Source: Flectonema sp. DT1601
Lineage: Eukaryota
Reading direction: 5' to 3'
Assembly: GCA_964019425.1 (NCBI GenBank)
Contig: OZ025784.1
Location: 682,001-746,000 of the forward strand
DNA length: 64,000 nt
The translations under genes and the position numbers were made by a program. Shown here piece after piece: positions 45,501 through 58,200 of this stretch; the first letter of the stretch is position 1; every line of letters starts with the position of its first letter. The notes below the pieces were generated by a model. It saw only the letters and a list, made by a program, of their open reading frames with translations. It was not told the DNA's origin and made no database searches.

Positions 45501-48500
45501 CTTTTGGTAGCATCCAAGCAAAGCTTTCAACACCATAAAGCACCCTTGCTAACACCACCGTCACCAGTATACTGATGAGTGTCCTCTTTCTGCAGCCTAT
45601 CCTGGTGAGTCTAACCAACAAGCCTAGACCCTTGGAAGCAGCTGTCATCATCTTTTGAATTTGCGACTTAAAGGTTAACTTCTCGTCATAATGTACGCCC
45701 AGATACCGCACGGTATTTGTCTTGTGAACTTTTCGTCCAACCGCATAGGCAAATCCGTGTAATCCGGGTCCCACTCTTTCCAGCATCTTATCTATTTCTG
45801 CCTTGTCGTGGACTTTCTTCAGTTGTGAGAAGCGGGCACTCATCTTCATTGTTTTCAGTACCGCCGGTTTGTTCGGTAGCTTGACTTTAATCTTATGTTG
45901 TGGAACGACATACAGGTGAGTGATGGCGAATTCTTCTTTTGAAACTACAGTTGTTGAGTTATCATCCTTTACAAGGTTACTCACTTGTTCTGCCGTGGCC
46001 ACCACATATTTAAATGTGTTCCTCTGAGTATACCACTACTGGGGACTTGTCGTGAGTTCCACTTGGCCTCACGTGAATGTATTCCGTCTTGCCAGGGTTC
46101 TTATTGATTTTGATGTGTGAGTCAAGTGCCCACCTTTCAAATATTTTGACTGCGTTGTTAACCTTGTTTTCTAAACAGCTGACAGTGCCCGCGGTTATTA
46201 CTATTCCAACATCATCTGCAAAGACAGTCGGTTCGTACATCTCTAGTTTATCTATCAAATCGTTTATGAAGATAGAAAATAACTGGGGGAGAGACGGGCT
46301 AACGAAGTCAGTCAGAATCTAAAATCATTGCTGGACTAGTTGAGGTGAAACAGAAAAACACTAGATCCTTTGGCATCCTCAAAAACTTGCGGAACAACCC
46401 CCTCTTTACGAACCAGAAGTCCCTCTGGGGATGTTGCCTAACCTAAATGATCAAGGAAGAAATTTTTGTGTGAAAAATTATGGAACCCGAAACAAGAGAC
46501 ATTACACGCAGTCAGATAAGATAAAAATCGCAAAAAAAAACAGAGCGAGGTTGGCGCAGTCGGTAGCGCGTAGGTCTCATAATCCTAAGGTCGTCAGTTC
46601 GATCCTGGCACCTCGCATTTTTATCTAAGTAGTTTTCTGAATTTAGCTGAACATTTTGTTACAAACTTTGATCTCTTTTCTCCCAAAATCAAATGTTTCC
46701 TAATATCATAGCCTGTCTCTCCGCATCCTTTCCGATAAATAGGTTATAATGTGATTTATAACAAATGGAAAGCGTTTTAGGTTTTGTATTTTGTTGACTT
46801 TAACGTCATCTTCAACAGTAGATAATTTAAGGATAAATGAAGGATTAAACATCTCAACAAGATGACATTTGTAAAATAACACCGTGTGGTGAATAATGGA
46901 ATATTAACTAACTAATGACTAATGACAGAGGCATTGAATAGGGCTGACCATCTTAACATCGAGAGAAATCAGATATCAAAAGTCTTTAAAATTCAAGATT
47001 AGTTGACAATACAAGAAATGAAATGGGTAAGAGAAAAAAAGAAAAAAAAAGAGTTTACAAGCTGGATTGTTTTCTTCTCAGAGGTGACAGGTAATTCCTT
47101 GTCATTTGCTCTGTTTCGGAGTGGGGGCAATTTGATATATTCGATTTTGTAAAAATTACAACTGTGTTGTATTATAAAAAACTTAATGATAATTTAACAT
47201 TAGTTTTAGATACAGTGACCAAGGTTGATGCACAATTTAGCATAATAAGTAACTGGTGTAGACAGTCAATTAGAAGTCAGTCAGTCAATGTTGAGACTGA
47301 GACAGGAATGTAGTTTCCTTAAGCTAATTCATCTGCCGCAGCCATTAGCAACCCATATAAGCATCTCTCAATCGATGAAAGTATCATCGCTACAGATGAA
47401 GGGGCTTCTGCAAGGCTAGAGAGTCTATGAACCCAGAAAGCATAGCAGATACGGAATGAGAAATTACATACTTTAAGCAGCTTTACATCGATGTTGGGAA
47501 GATTGTTGTCGTCAATTGTTCGTTGATAATCGTTTATCGTCTTCTGTTGTGCTGCAAGAGTTGCCTCGTCCTTGAAACGGTTCTCTTCAACTTTTTTGAA
47601 GCGACTTCGAAGAAGTTCAATTTCACATTTGGAATCGTGTTTTCTTTTCTCAACTTGATCAGCTAGCTTTTCCTTTTGATCAAGAGATTTGCTGACTGTT
47701 TTTTGCTCAAGAAGTAAATGCCGAGTTTGATGCTTTAATATTTTGAGTTCATCATCTTTCACATCAATTTTTTTATGCAGGTCGGTCGAGGTGGGTCCTT
47801 CTTCCCGTTCTTGTATTCTCGAAGTCAGTATTTCATTTTCTCTCTTATACCAAACTGTTTGCTTTTCAACTACTTCTAATTTCGCTTCGTAATTAGTAGC
47901 TGCTGCTATTTCTGTTCGTGTTCTTGTTGAACTACCTCTTTTTGGTGGCACTTGCTCTTGCAAACTCGCTGCGACTTTTTTCAAGTCTGCGATTTGCTTT
48001 CGCAAATCAGTGTTTAGCAGTTGCATTTTTTGCAGCTTACGAGCTTGAGTATTTTTTACTGCCTTAGGACTGGAAGGGGATTTAGGTGAGGAGGCAGCGG
48101 TGGCAGTAGGTATTTCTTGGCTTGGGGTATCATCTTCTTCAGTTTCAACAATTTTTCTGATGAGTTGGGGAGGAATTCCAACACGGCTTTCATTATCGAT
48201 GTCAATGCCGATACGACCTCTCCAGTGGCCAGTGACTGTTCCATTCTTTCCTGTTGATGTGACTTGAACACGAGATCCAAGAGGATACACAGAATTGAGT
48301 GGTGTTTGTGGGCGTGATGTGGAAGCTGGTGGAGTCTCAGGTGGTTTTGGTTCTATGGCTGCAATTTCTTCATCATCAGACTTTTCACTAAAGGATGACA
48401 CGCTACTTACTCTACTCCGCTTATCATCTTCGTTATCATCACTTATTGTATCAGCAGGCTGACTCAATTCGTCTTCTTCTTCTGAGATTTCATCCTCCTC

Positions 48501-48608
48501 ACCTTTCTTTTCAAATTCTTCCCTTTCCTCTTCGCCTGTTGGCTCAGTCACTTCCACCGCCTTTCTTTCATTTGCCAACTCAGTTGGGAAGTAATGAGTT
48601 TCCGACAT
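42521..48608 (-). CDS. Coiled-coil (lebercilin-like) protein with Ser-rich tail; three exons (48608-47472, 43499-43311, 43234-42521)
   Basis: Donor AAA|GTATGT at 47471 and acceptor CAG| at 43500 give LLK-DLEQKLDDREK in frame. A second intron at 43235-43310 gives QRM-DSVEMNL. The lebercilin resemblance was judged by eye only. Confidence 0.7.
43942..46290 (-). mobile_element. 5'-truncated, disrupted non-LTR retrotransposon (subfamily 2) inside a host intron
   Basis: Begins at PQLFSIF..FADD and continues through YLGV, RNase H and CLFC..HHVLFLC. Frame disruptions near 46008 and 45351. Poly(A) at 43942-43955. 3' UTR motifs shared with the intact element. Confidence 0.92.
46545..46617 (+). tRNA. 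tRNA-Met (CAT), copy 3, antisense within a host intron
   Basis: Identical to copies 1 and 2, with a TTTTT terminator and the shared 5' flank starting at 46448. Confidence 0.95.
47116..47300. repeat. 'TTTTGTAC' repeat family copy (intronic)
   Basis: TTCGATTTTGTAAAAATTACAACTGTGTTGTAT..GATAATTTAACATTAGTTTTAGATACAGTGAC..AGTCAGTCAA..GAGACTG aligns with 30511-30728. Confidence 0.65.
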
Positions 48609-48993
48609 GAGTGGACCCCCCGCCCTGAGGTCCTGTAGAGCTAATTGAAATATGAAAAGTCAAGAAACCATCCTAAGCTGTCACCTACAACATTTTTACC
48701 ACCTGGAGAAGTCAGACTGCGTAACTAAAGCTGTGAATGAACCGCTGGGGGTACATCTGGGTACACAAATTACAAAACAAACTGAATGTTACAGAGGGAG
48801 TAGTTGGGAGTCGCTACAAACCATCAACAGTTAATTCTCAACAAACTTGGCATGGAAATAAAACAGCTACATTACCCAATCAAGTTGTGCTGTCAGGCTT
48901 TTATATTCGCGATGAATTTGAACGAATGCGCTTATGTCGGAACGAGACGCAGCTGAAAAGAGGGGAAAAAAAAAAAAAAAAACAATAAGATTT

Positions 48994-49761
48994 TCACTGA
49001 AAGAAAGATGGATCGAATACCTGCTGTACAATATTTGATGCAGCAGCCATAGGATTCTCACGGATTGCGACTTCTTTATCTCCGACATAGACGAGGAGTC
49101 CTCTTACTGCTTTAGTTGTGGCATATTCACCCAGATCTGTGCAGATGGCATCTGGTAGGCCCGACATTGACTTTGCAACAGATGGGATGTTCGCGTATGC
49201 GTCACAAACAGTATCCCAGTGACTGGTGACACTAACAGCGTCGAGGGCTGCATCAACAATTGGACGCATTCCTTCATGAAGAGGATTCGAAGAGGTTTCT
49301 CTAAAGTAGTCAGTACAGGCCTGTGGATTCTGTGAAGTTATCATATCCATTGCAGCTGACAAGTCTAATCCCTGAAGAGCTCCAATTAAAACCTCTAGAG
49401 CTGTTTCAGCAGCTTGCTCTGCAGCCGCATTCAAAGTTGATACGAAAGTGTCGTAATGGTCAGGTAGAAATCTCTGCACAGCAGATTCAACATTCCCACC
49501 TAACTCCTCAGGCCATGGAATTCTAACCCTGTGATTGTTTGCAAATCCTCCTGGTCTCATAGCTGTTGAAATAGCAAGTTCTATACCTTCTTTCAAAGCC
49601 TCTGTGAATGCCGTTCTTATCATTTCATCTCTGCTCATCCCACCACCGCCACCTTCTTCATCTCCACAGAACATTCCTTCAATCTGATCAGGGATGTCAA
49701 CACCTAAAGCCTGTTCCGCTTGTTGAAACAGGTTCTTGCGAATTCCGAAACTGCCAAACAT
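48994..49761 (-). CDS. DUF4197-like protein
   Basis: 'EALKEGI..A...GGF....VRIP.P', 'LNAAAEQAA', 'CTDYFRETS', 'DLGEYATTKAVRGL...E..IRENP' follow the DUF4197 pattern as I recall it. Confidence 0.7.
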   Translation of the reverse strand: MFGSFGIRKNLFQQAEQALGVDIPDQIEGMFCGDEEGGGGGMSRDEMIRTAFTEALKEGIELAISTAMRPGGFANNHRVRIPWPEELGGNVESAVQRFLPDHYDTFVSTLNAAAEQAAETALEVLIGALQGLDLSAAMDMITSQNPQACTDYFRETSSNPLHEGMRPIVDAALDAVSVTSHWDTVCDAYANIPSVAKSMSGLPDAICTDLGEYATTKAVRGLLVYVGDKEVAIRENPMAAASNIVQQVFDPSFFQ

Positions 49762-50010
49762 TTTTTTCAGGGGAAGAAAAAAAAGTCTGTTGAGAAAAGA
49801 AATTAGTGTTTTTCGTGGTTGATTTGTTTTATTACTACAAACAAAAGAACGAATACCATGAACTTAAACATCTGTGAATCAACCTGTCTGTGTAATTATC
49901 GAATAATAATAATTATAACAACGTTAAACATGTGAATGTGGGAGACAGTGAGTGTAAGTGGCAATAGCAAAAAAACGAAAAATAATAATATTTTTTTTTG
50001 GGTGGTTTTT

Positions 50011-52508
50011 CTAACCAACCGGTGGGACAGGAGCCCTTCCTTTGTCACTACTAACATGAGACGGTTTTGAATTATATTTATATGAAGCACGAGAATGACC
50101 AAAAACAGCTTTGTGAGATGCGATGATTGAAAGAAGCTTGCACCTAATGCTGGGTGTCAAAAGAGAGAAGACACCACCTGGAACAGGTTCGCCTGAAACT
50201 TCTCTGTGTGACGATCTATTAGAGCTTAGTAACGCCTTTGCTTCTTTACTATGAGCATCACCTACTACAAATCGGATTACCGGAGATGTGAATGACAACG
50301 ACATCCTTGGAGGAAGTTTCTTTTTATGCATTACTTTCAATGCTTGCGGTGACGACTCAACAGTACTGATATGAGAAAGGTATCCAACAGGATCTAACAG
50401 CTGGCCTATCAATTCATTCATTTGTGCTATTATCGTTCTGCCATTCTCAGTTGCTGACCAACTAGGGTATGACATACAAAATATACTTTCACAAATAACT
50501 CGGATTCCCAATATAGTAAGAGGGAGGTCCATAGAATAACGGCTTTTGCTTCTTCTGTTTAACATCATTTGTGAGATGGTTTGATAGACGTCTACAAATC
50601 GCTCATCGAAATTACGGGCTTCTCGTTTGTTAGAAACACCCGCAACGTGTGGAGCTAAAAATGACCAATACAAAAACAAGACTAAACGATACTCAAAGTC
50701 GACAACTTCACTACTTTGTAAGTATCTAGAAAGCTGTTCAATTCTAACTGATAAATCTGCTTTTTGAGATCCGCTGAAAGCAAATTGACTGTCATCGTGT
50801 TTAAGATTCACACCAGTAAAATCATTATCGTTACCTTGACTGTTAGGAATCCTAAGAGGTCTTGTAGACTTCACATTCACCGAAGTCCCACTACGGATTT
50901 TATTTGTGTTTTGTGGATATTTTGCCGACCAATATGTCTGAAAGGGAAATCCGTCGATGTATTTTTGAAACAACTCTCTTATTTGAGATTGAGAAACAGA
51001 CGGAGGATGCATTAATTCCTTATCTGTAATGGTGTCTTTGTCTCTGTTTTTATGCAACGGTTGATGGTAAGACGTCGGGTTTTTTGATCGTTTCTTTCTC
51101 GGTTCTGAATCGAGCTCTCCAACAACACATTCAGCGACTCCCATATCCGGATGGAATTCAAGAGCCGAAAGGTCGCCTTGGGCTGCTCGTTTTTCTAGTT
51201 CTTCTCGTAGGTTGGAAGCTTCTTCTTCATCAAGAGGTTGCTCACCCTTCTTAATGAGGTTAACTAAATTATCCTGCAATCGGAGTCTCTCATCAGTAAG
51301 AGCAGCCCTACTAACAGGAGCATGTTTGGATGCCACAGCAGCTGAGGATTCCTTTCGATTCTCAGAAACGGCGTCTTCAGCCTCACCGACATCAGTTTTT
51401 ACCTGAGCCCTGGGAGTAGTCGCATTACTTTTCGTACCTTGATGTACAGAACCCTCCCTGGGAATCTTCATTGTAGTCGGCCCAACTGAATTATTGTACT
51501 TCCCTTTCCTACTACCTGAAGCACTACTGGGCGCAACAACATGTCTGCCTCTTAGATTATACGGATAAACGTACATTTCTCTGTACTCTGAAAATTGCCT
51601 CAATTTCGCTCCTTGACGATCTTCGTCAGTCTCTTGTCGAATTGACGTGTTTGAGTTTTCAACTTCTGGTTCATTTTCATTCAAACTGATTGGCAATGAT
51701 TCGAATGGAATGTTCTGAGGGTCGTACATGCAATCAGTAGCTCTTGAATGCTTTTGATTAGGCTTGATTATTATGTAGTTCTTCTTTTCATGTTTTGACA
51801 GTCCCGGATGAAACACCTGTTGGTTAGTTATTTAATATTATTTAACTAAAAATATCTCTTTTTTTTTTTTTTTTTTTTTTTTGCTTTCTTCTTTTAATCA
51901 CAAACCTGTTGTATCTTACACTGCTCAAGAGGAATGTGTTTTGATATTAGCTGAAGGTTAGCAGGGGTGGGACTAACACCAAGTTTCTCAAGGTAACGAG
52001 CTGCATATTCGATGTGAAGAGCCTTATCAGTGTGAATGGCAGAAGTCTTTACCCTGTCATTAGCGAGAGGTATAATGATTTCAATGGGTTTTTCAACTTC
52101 TGTTTTACGGACATATTTCTGGTGTGAATGCCTGGTACGAAAATTCGAACCCTGTTCTGGCTCATATGCTGCAGCGTTCTCGGCATCTAATCCCCTCGGC
52201 ATGCTATTTCCTTGACCCAAACCAGTCGGTTTACAAATCATCCCAACGCTTTTAAGTTCGAGTCCCTTGAATACCTGAGTGTGGCGCCCCTCAAGAGTCG
52301 TTCCTTCTTTCTTTGTTCCTTCAAAACTCAGCATAGCTTGTTTTCTCTTATGCCTATAAACTTCTTCTGGGTCGCTGTACAGTTTATCATCAGTAGTGTT
52401 GTCGCCAAATTTATGTTCCTTATGTAATTTATTTATTTCCTGCATACGTTGATTCCATCCTGCGCCAGTACCCTCGAGTAGGTCATTTCTGATGCGAGGG
52501 TGTGGCAT
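50011..52508 (-). CDS. Hypothetical protein, two exons (52508-51906, 51816-50011)
   Basis: Donor CAG|GTTTGT at 51905 and acceptor CAG| at 51817 join KIQQ-VFHPG in frame. The C-terminal helical domain was not identified. Confidence 0.7.
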
Positions 52509-52773
52509 TTCCTACCTAGAGGGGTAAAATAGCGTGAGCACATTTAAAAAATAGCAATAAACACAGGGTAATTTAATTTCTGTAGTGCCGATAAATATCT
52601 CCATTCTTAAGGTTGAACCCCTCAATTTGAAATACCAGTTTACAAAACAAAAAATTGGTCACATTTGATAATAAAGATGCAGTAAGTGTAAGTCGCTGCA
52701 AAATGAAGCAAGCATCACTTCTATAGGATGCTTTATATATTTCACTGCCAGTCGGAGTCAGGACTGATAACAA

Positions 52774-53247
52774 TCAAGTCAGTAGTTTGATTATTGATGA
52801 GAGGATTTGATCATTTTGACTCTCAACAGTTTCCTTTGAGTACGGAGGTCGGATAATTGCGGCATCATCAAAAACAGATATATCACCAACAGAATCTACC
52901 TTAAAAGGAAGTCGAGCTGCAGACAACCTCTCCTCCACGACCGACAAACTCAGCGTTGGCGCATTGCGACGAGATATGACTGTAGATAAGTTTGAACCAA
53001 AATCCTTAAATAACGTCTCTTCGTTGTCACTCACTGAGTGTTTGTTTATTGAGGTGATGCCGTGGGAGAAACATGTAATCACTTTATAATTTCCTTCTCT
53101 TTTATCTTCTTGTTTGGTTAAGACTATACAGCATCCTGTCTCCGGATCAACATTCCAAAGCAACCCAACGACATCATTCTGAGTACAATGTTTTTTACTT
53201 GTGAACTCTACCTTCACTACAGATCCAACCAGCAGTCTGGTTCCCAT
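52774..53247 (-). CDS. GEMIN6: Gemin6-like (Sm-like fold plus anticodon-binding-like domain)
   Basis: 'GLLWNVDPETGCCIVL', 'SHGITSI' and 'IRPPYSKETVESQNDQILSSI..L' match the Gemin6/LSM12-type pattern. Start MGTRL. Confidence 0.7.
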   Translation of the reverse strand: MGTRLLVGSVVKVEFTSKKHCTQNDVVGLLWNVDPETGCCIVLTKQEDKREGNYKVITCFSHGITSINKHSVSDNEETLFKDFGSNLSTVISRRNAPTLSLSVVEERLSAARLPFKVDSVGDISVFDDAAIIRPPYSKETVESQNDQILSSIIKLLT

Positions 53248-53782
53248 TTTTTTTTTTTTTTTTTTTAAAAAAACTTTTTGAGTAAAATAACAATTTTTTT
53301 TGACAATAAAATTAAAAAAAAAACCTGAAAAATTGGTATGCTTCTCCGCCAACAAGTCGTCACCTCTATGTTTGACCTGCTGAAATTAAATTAAAGTGTT
53401 AACTAACGTTGTAAATAAAATAAATGAAAAATCAAGAACACTATTTCTCTCTATGGCTTCGGGCAGAAGCAACTTTTTGTTAAGTAAAAAAAAGGTTAGA
53501 TTACGGAGTAGAGAGGGGAACGTTCGACAAAAAAGAAGTTTTGAATAAGATGTTTCCTTTTTAGGTACGATAGAAAAGTAATACATTATTTTTTTTTTTT
53601 TTTCCCACAGGAATCTTACCCAGATGGTCAGGCCACAACAGATAATAATACAGATCAAAATAGTGGTACTTTTTTTTTTTTTCTTCCTTTGTGTTTCATT
53701 TGCTGCGGCAATGTTATTTAATAGCTCACAAACACTGTTTCTCAGTTCTATTTTTTTTTTTATTTTATTATTTTTTTCAGCC

Positions 53783-54337
53783 TTACATTACCTGGTAGCT
53801 ACGCTTTGGCTTTTCAATGAGATCAGCATTGGTAGCCAAGAAGGTGGCAACTGAAGAAACGAACGAGATCATTTGAAGGTAGTTGTCAGACAACTGCCTG
53901 GCGTAGGTCTTCTCGATGGAGTTTCTTTGCTTTTCGTCTAGGTCAGCTGGGTAGTCGTCAGGTCTGTCCTTCTTCGCCTTGGCAAGACCAGCAATTTCAC
54001 CCAAATACTTACTGTAGCTAATAATGCTCTCTTTCTCTCCGCCTCTCAGTTTTCCAAGAATTTCGTTGATACTTTTAATCGCTCCCTCTTGAACTTCCGA
54101 TCCGAAAGTGTCCTCCATTTGCTTCGTTGGAAGCTTCTTGTGAATAGCGAGAACCAGAACTTCTAAATCCTGAATCAACTGATACCTGGCTGTGGTGAAT
54201 ACTTCCCACGCCGCTTCATCAGAACCGCTTCCCTGAGCCTTAAAGTAACCGTCAATACGCTGACTGACAGTCGACTTGAAATCCTCAATCGCTGTATCGA
54301 TCTTACACTGGAGAGAATCGTAGCTAGTGATCGACAT
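53783..54337 (-). CDS. Hypothetical alpha-helical protein (184 aa)
   Basis: Clean ORF with coding-like composition. Likely start MSITS after an A-run. Confidence 0.65.
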   Translation of the reverse strand: MSITSYDSLQCKIDTAIEDFKSTVSQRIDGYFKAQGSGSDEAAWEVFTTARYQLIQDLEVLVLAIHKKLPTKQMEDTFGSEVQEGAIKSINEILGKLRGGEKESIISYSKYLGEIAGLAKAKKDRPDDYPADLDEKQRNSIEKTYARQLSDNYLQMISFVSSVATFLATNADLIEKPKRSYQVM

Positions 54338-55291
54338 TTTTTTTATAAAGTATAAGGTTAATCTAATGGGAGTAATGAATGAAGGGTCAAACATCAAACA
54401 AGACATACTCGTTTGGTTTGGAGACGGTTTTCAGCATCTTTGTGACACTGATGTCGCTTGCAATAGCAGCAGTATATCGACAACTACAGTCCCCCTATGA
54501 AATCAACTTCTTTGATTATTATTTATTGACCTGAGAAAAAGAAACAAAGAATCAAAACCAAACGATAACAGTCTCGACAATAAAATAGATCTCTGAGAAT
54601 GAATAATATCACAAAAAGAGAGTAGAGTAATGCTACCATGAATTTGAATTGAAATAAACAAATATAAATATTTAAATATTCGACAGCAGAAGAGGAAAGG
54701 GAAATAAAATTACAAAGCCTGTCGGCAATGTTAAGAAATATTATTAAAATTCGAATTTGTTTCCATTCAAATGTGATTCACTGAAAGTTATTGAGAACGG
54801 AGAGCGCGTCAAACAAAGGGGAAACATTCCCAGAAACACTCTTAATGTTCTCAAAGAAGAAAAGAAACGTAATAAATTTACCCGCCAGATGATCTTCAGT
54901 ACAGGAGACTGATATACCACAGGATAAAATACAGAATGAGATGGAAGAAAAAAAAAGAAAAAAAAACGTAACGTTTACAGTACAACAATCCAATTTTTAC
55001 ACAACGCTGAAATGCTTTCAACTTGTGAGGAAGAAACCTCGGCAATTAGAACTGGATGGTGAACTGTAAGTTTATTATTGTGAAAGACTATCGACATTTT
55101 AAAACATCGAAACTTCTTTTCAGTACAAGAAGAAAGTTGAGAGGGAGAAGTTTTCCATCACATACCCGCAATCAAACGGGTTATGAATAAAGTACATCTT
55201 ACACTTCCGAGTAATCCGAAAGCAAGAAAGATACTTTTTTTTTTGTAAAACATAGATTCATGAATCAAAAAGTCAACAACCGATAACTTTA

Positions 55292-58200
55292 TTAAATCCT
55301 GGAAACAGCAGCAGTGACTTTGTCATTGTTATTGTCAGCCTCCATCTCTTGCATAGTAGTTAGGAAGCTATCGCAATTAGTTTCGTTATTTTGTTGCTTT
55401 CGGTAGATGGTGAAGGCAACCAGAGCACCACCTAAGCAAAGGGAAGCAACAACACCAACAATAATGTATATAATGTTATTGTTGTTGTCATTGCTGCTAT
55501 CCTTTACCACGTTGTCTTCTGTTGATGTTTTAGGTGAATTGAGAGATTCCATTCCGTTTCCAACAGGTTCCATTATCAAAGTGCTGCCGTCACCATTGTC
55601 TCTAAGTAGACCAGCACCGTTACCTGACTCAGTTACCGCGGTATTCAATACAGCAGCACTCTCGTCAGTGACTTCGAAATCAACGAACATCCCGGAATCT
55701 CCAACAGACTGCTGGTCCTTGGTTGAGCTGACACCGTGTCCGAGAGTCTTCACTTCCCTGTTTTTACTCAACTCCTTTTTAAACAATTCAGTGTTCCACG
55801 ATGAAGGAATAGAAGTACCCCACTTCTCTCTCACATCCTTAGCAGGAACGATGTTGTCTTTCATCAGACTCCCAACGTACTTGATCATCAGATTCGATGA
55901 CTCCAATTCTTTTGTAACTCGCATGATGGTTCTTCTTAACTTTCTTAGAAACCTCTTCGGGTTTTCCATAATCTTTGAATACGATCCCTTGAATGACAGA
56001 CGGAACGGTTTCCTTTTGTTGCTTGTCTTCTCCGTATGGCTGTCCACTACTTCGTCATCCTCAACCTCTTTGCAGTGAAGGCCCTTGGAATTGCAGCAAC
56101 CCATCTTCTCCTCCTCACTGAGAAGGCCCGCATCAGCTCGGCAGTCAACTGAACACGCGATGTTCTCTTCGTTGCAACACCACTCAACCTGATCGCTTCC
56201 CCAATCAGACATTGCTTTCGAATCGCTGAAGCAGTCGAACTTCTCCGTCGCACAACCGACACCATCACTGAGACAACAATCCATTCTCGTCAGCTCATCC
56301 CACGATGCACGTTCTGCACGCATTACTTGGCACTTCTCGTTCACCTTCACATCCGCTGCCGCAACATCCGGACAACGAACTCCCTTCACAAAGCAGCACC
56401 AATCCGATTGTTCTTCACTCCAAGCAGCAGCAGTCTTCTCACTCCACTCGCAATCGAACGCATCCTCGTCAACAACGCATCCGACTTGAAACTTCTCACA
56501 GCAGTACGCAGCCTTCTTCTCGTCCCACATCGTCACGTCCACAACCGAAGTCTGCAACAATCCCTCAGCGTTCTTCACAATCTCCATCGACGCATCATCA
56601 ACACTGCAGTCATACATTGCTATTGGACATCCTACTTGTTTTTCTTCACAGCACCACTTTCTCTGAGCAAATCTCCATCCCTTTGGGTCTGATCTGCAGT
56701 CAAACTGATCCTTCTCGTCTTCCTTGCAGTACCTACCAGTCTTCTCACAGCAATACCTCATCTCTTCCAGAGAAGGTGATTTCACAGAATTGTAGCAACT
56801 GAAAGTCTTGCATCCCAACGAGTTCCATTTCGACACCGACTCCGCAAGACACTCCGACTTTACTTCAATTTTTTCACACGATGGTCTGCAATCTTTGCTG
56901 CACACCTTCTTCCCGTTCACATCACACTTGCACGTCTGCTGGCATCCAGTACACGAATACCCCTTCTTGCATGTTCTACCAGCTCCACACAACACTACAT
57001 TGTTTGTCTTCAGGTCACACTTCTCATCAATTTTAGGAGCAATACACTTCACATTACCTCCTTCAACAGAACAATACTCACCTTCTTTACATGAATACGG
57101 GTTGCATCTAATTGCGTTACTCTTTACACAGAAATATTCCTTGGAATTCACATCTCTCGTACACTTCGTTCCTGCAGGGCAATCAGAACTACGATCCATT
57201 GAAATAATCCTTCCACTGTCAATACGACAGACTTCATCTTCTGAGAGCATCGATTTCATACAACTACCAGGGAGGTTAATATTGTCTTCCTTTGTAATAC
57301 ACTTCAATGATGATAAACAAATATCATATTCACATGATGGTTTGAATCCTCCACAAGACTCTCCTTCTTTAGATCTCTTCACACAAACCATTTCAGTACC
57401 ACACTTTCCTGAACTGATAGACTCTGAACGACAGAATTCATCTTCTCCGCAGTCTTCATTATTCTTACAATTCATCTTACTAACTACAGCAACACATTCT
57501 GGGTAAGCTCCGTTGCTTCCCTTCATCATCTCACAGACGTATCCAGCATTGCATTTCATGCTTGCACAGTCACTAGCTGGAGCCTTGGAGTAAACACATT
57601 CTGGGTAAGCTCCGTTGCTTCCCTTCATCATCTCACAGACGTATCCAGCATTGCATTTCATGCTTGCACAGTCACTAGCTGGAGCCTTGGAGTAAACACA
57701 TTCTGGGTAAGCTCCGTTGCTTCCCTTCATCATCTCACAGACGTATCCAGCATTGCATTTCATGCTTGCACAGTCACTAGCTGGAGCCTTGGAGTAAACA
57801 CATTCTGGGTAAGCTCCGTTGCTGCCCTTCATCATCTCACAGACGTATCCAGCATTGCACTTCATGCTTGCACAGTCACTAGCTGGAGCCTTGGAGTAAA
57901 CACATTCTGGGTAAGCTCCGTTGCTTCCCTTCATCATCTCACAGACGTATCCAGCATTGCACTTCATGCTTGCACAGTCACTAGCTGGAGCCTTGGAGTA
58001 AACACATTCTGGGTAAGCTCCGTTGCTTCCCTTCATCATCTCACAGACGTATCCAGCATTGCACTTCATGCTTGCACAGTCACTAGCTGGAGCCTTGGAG
58101 TAAACACATTCTGGGTAAGCTCCGTTGCTTCCCTTCATCATCTCACAGACGTATCCAGCATTGCATTTCATGCTTGCACAGTCACTAGCTGGAGCCTTGG

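Noticed and set aside
43925..46310. Target-site duplication around the truncated LINE
   Set aside because: The flanks (GGATTACAGGTACAG versus GAGACGGGCTAACG) do not match, so the 5' junction may be a later deletion.
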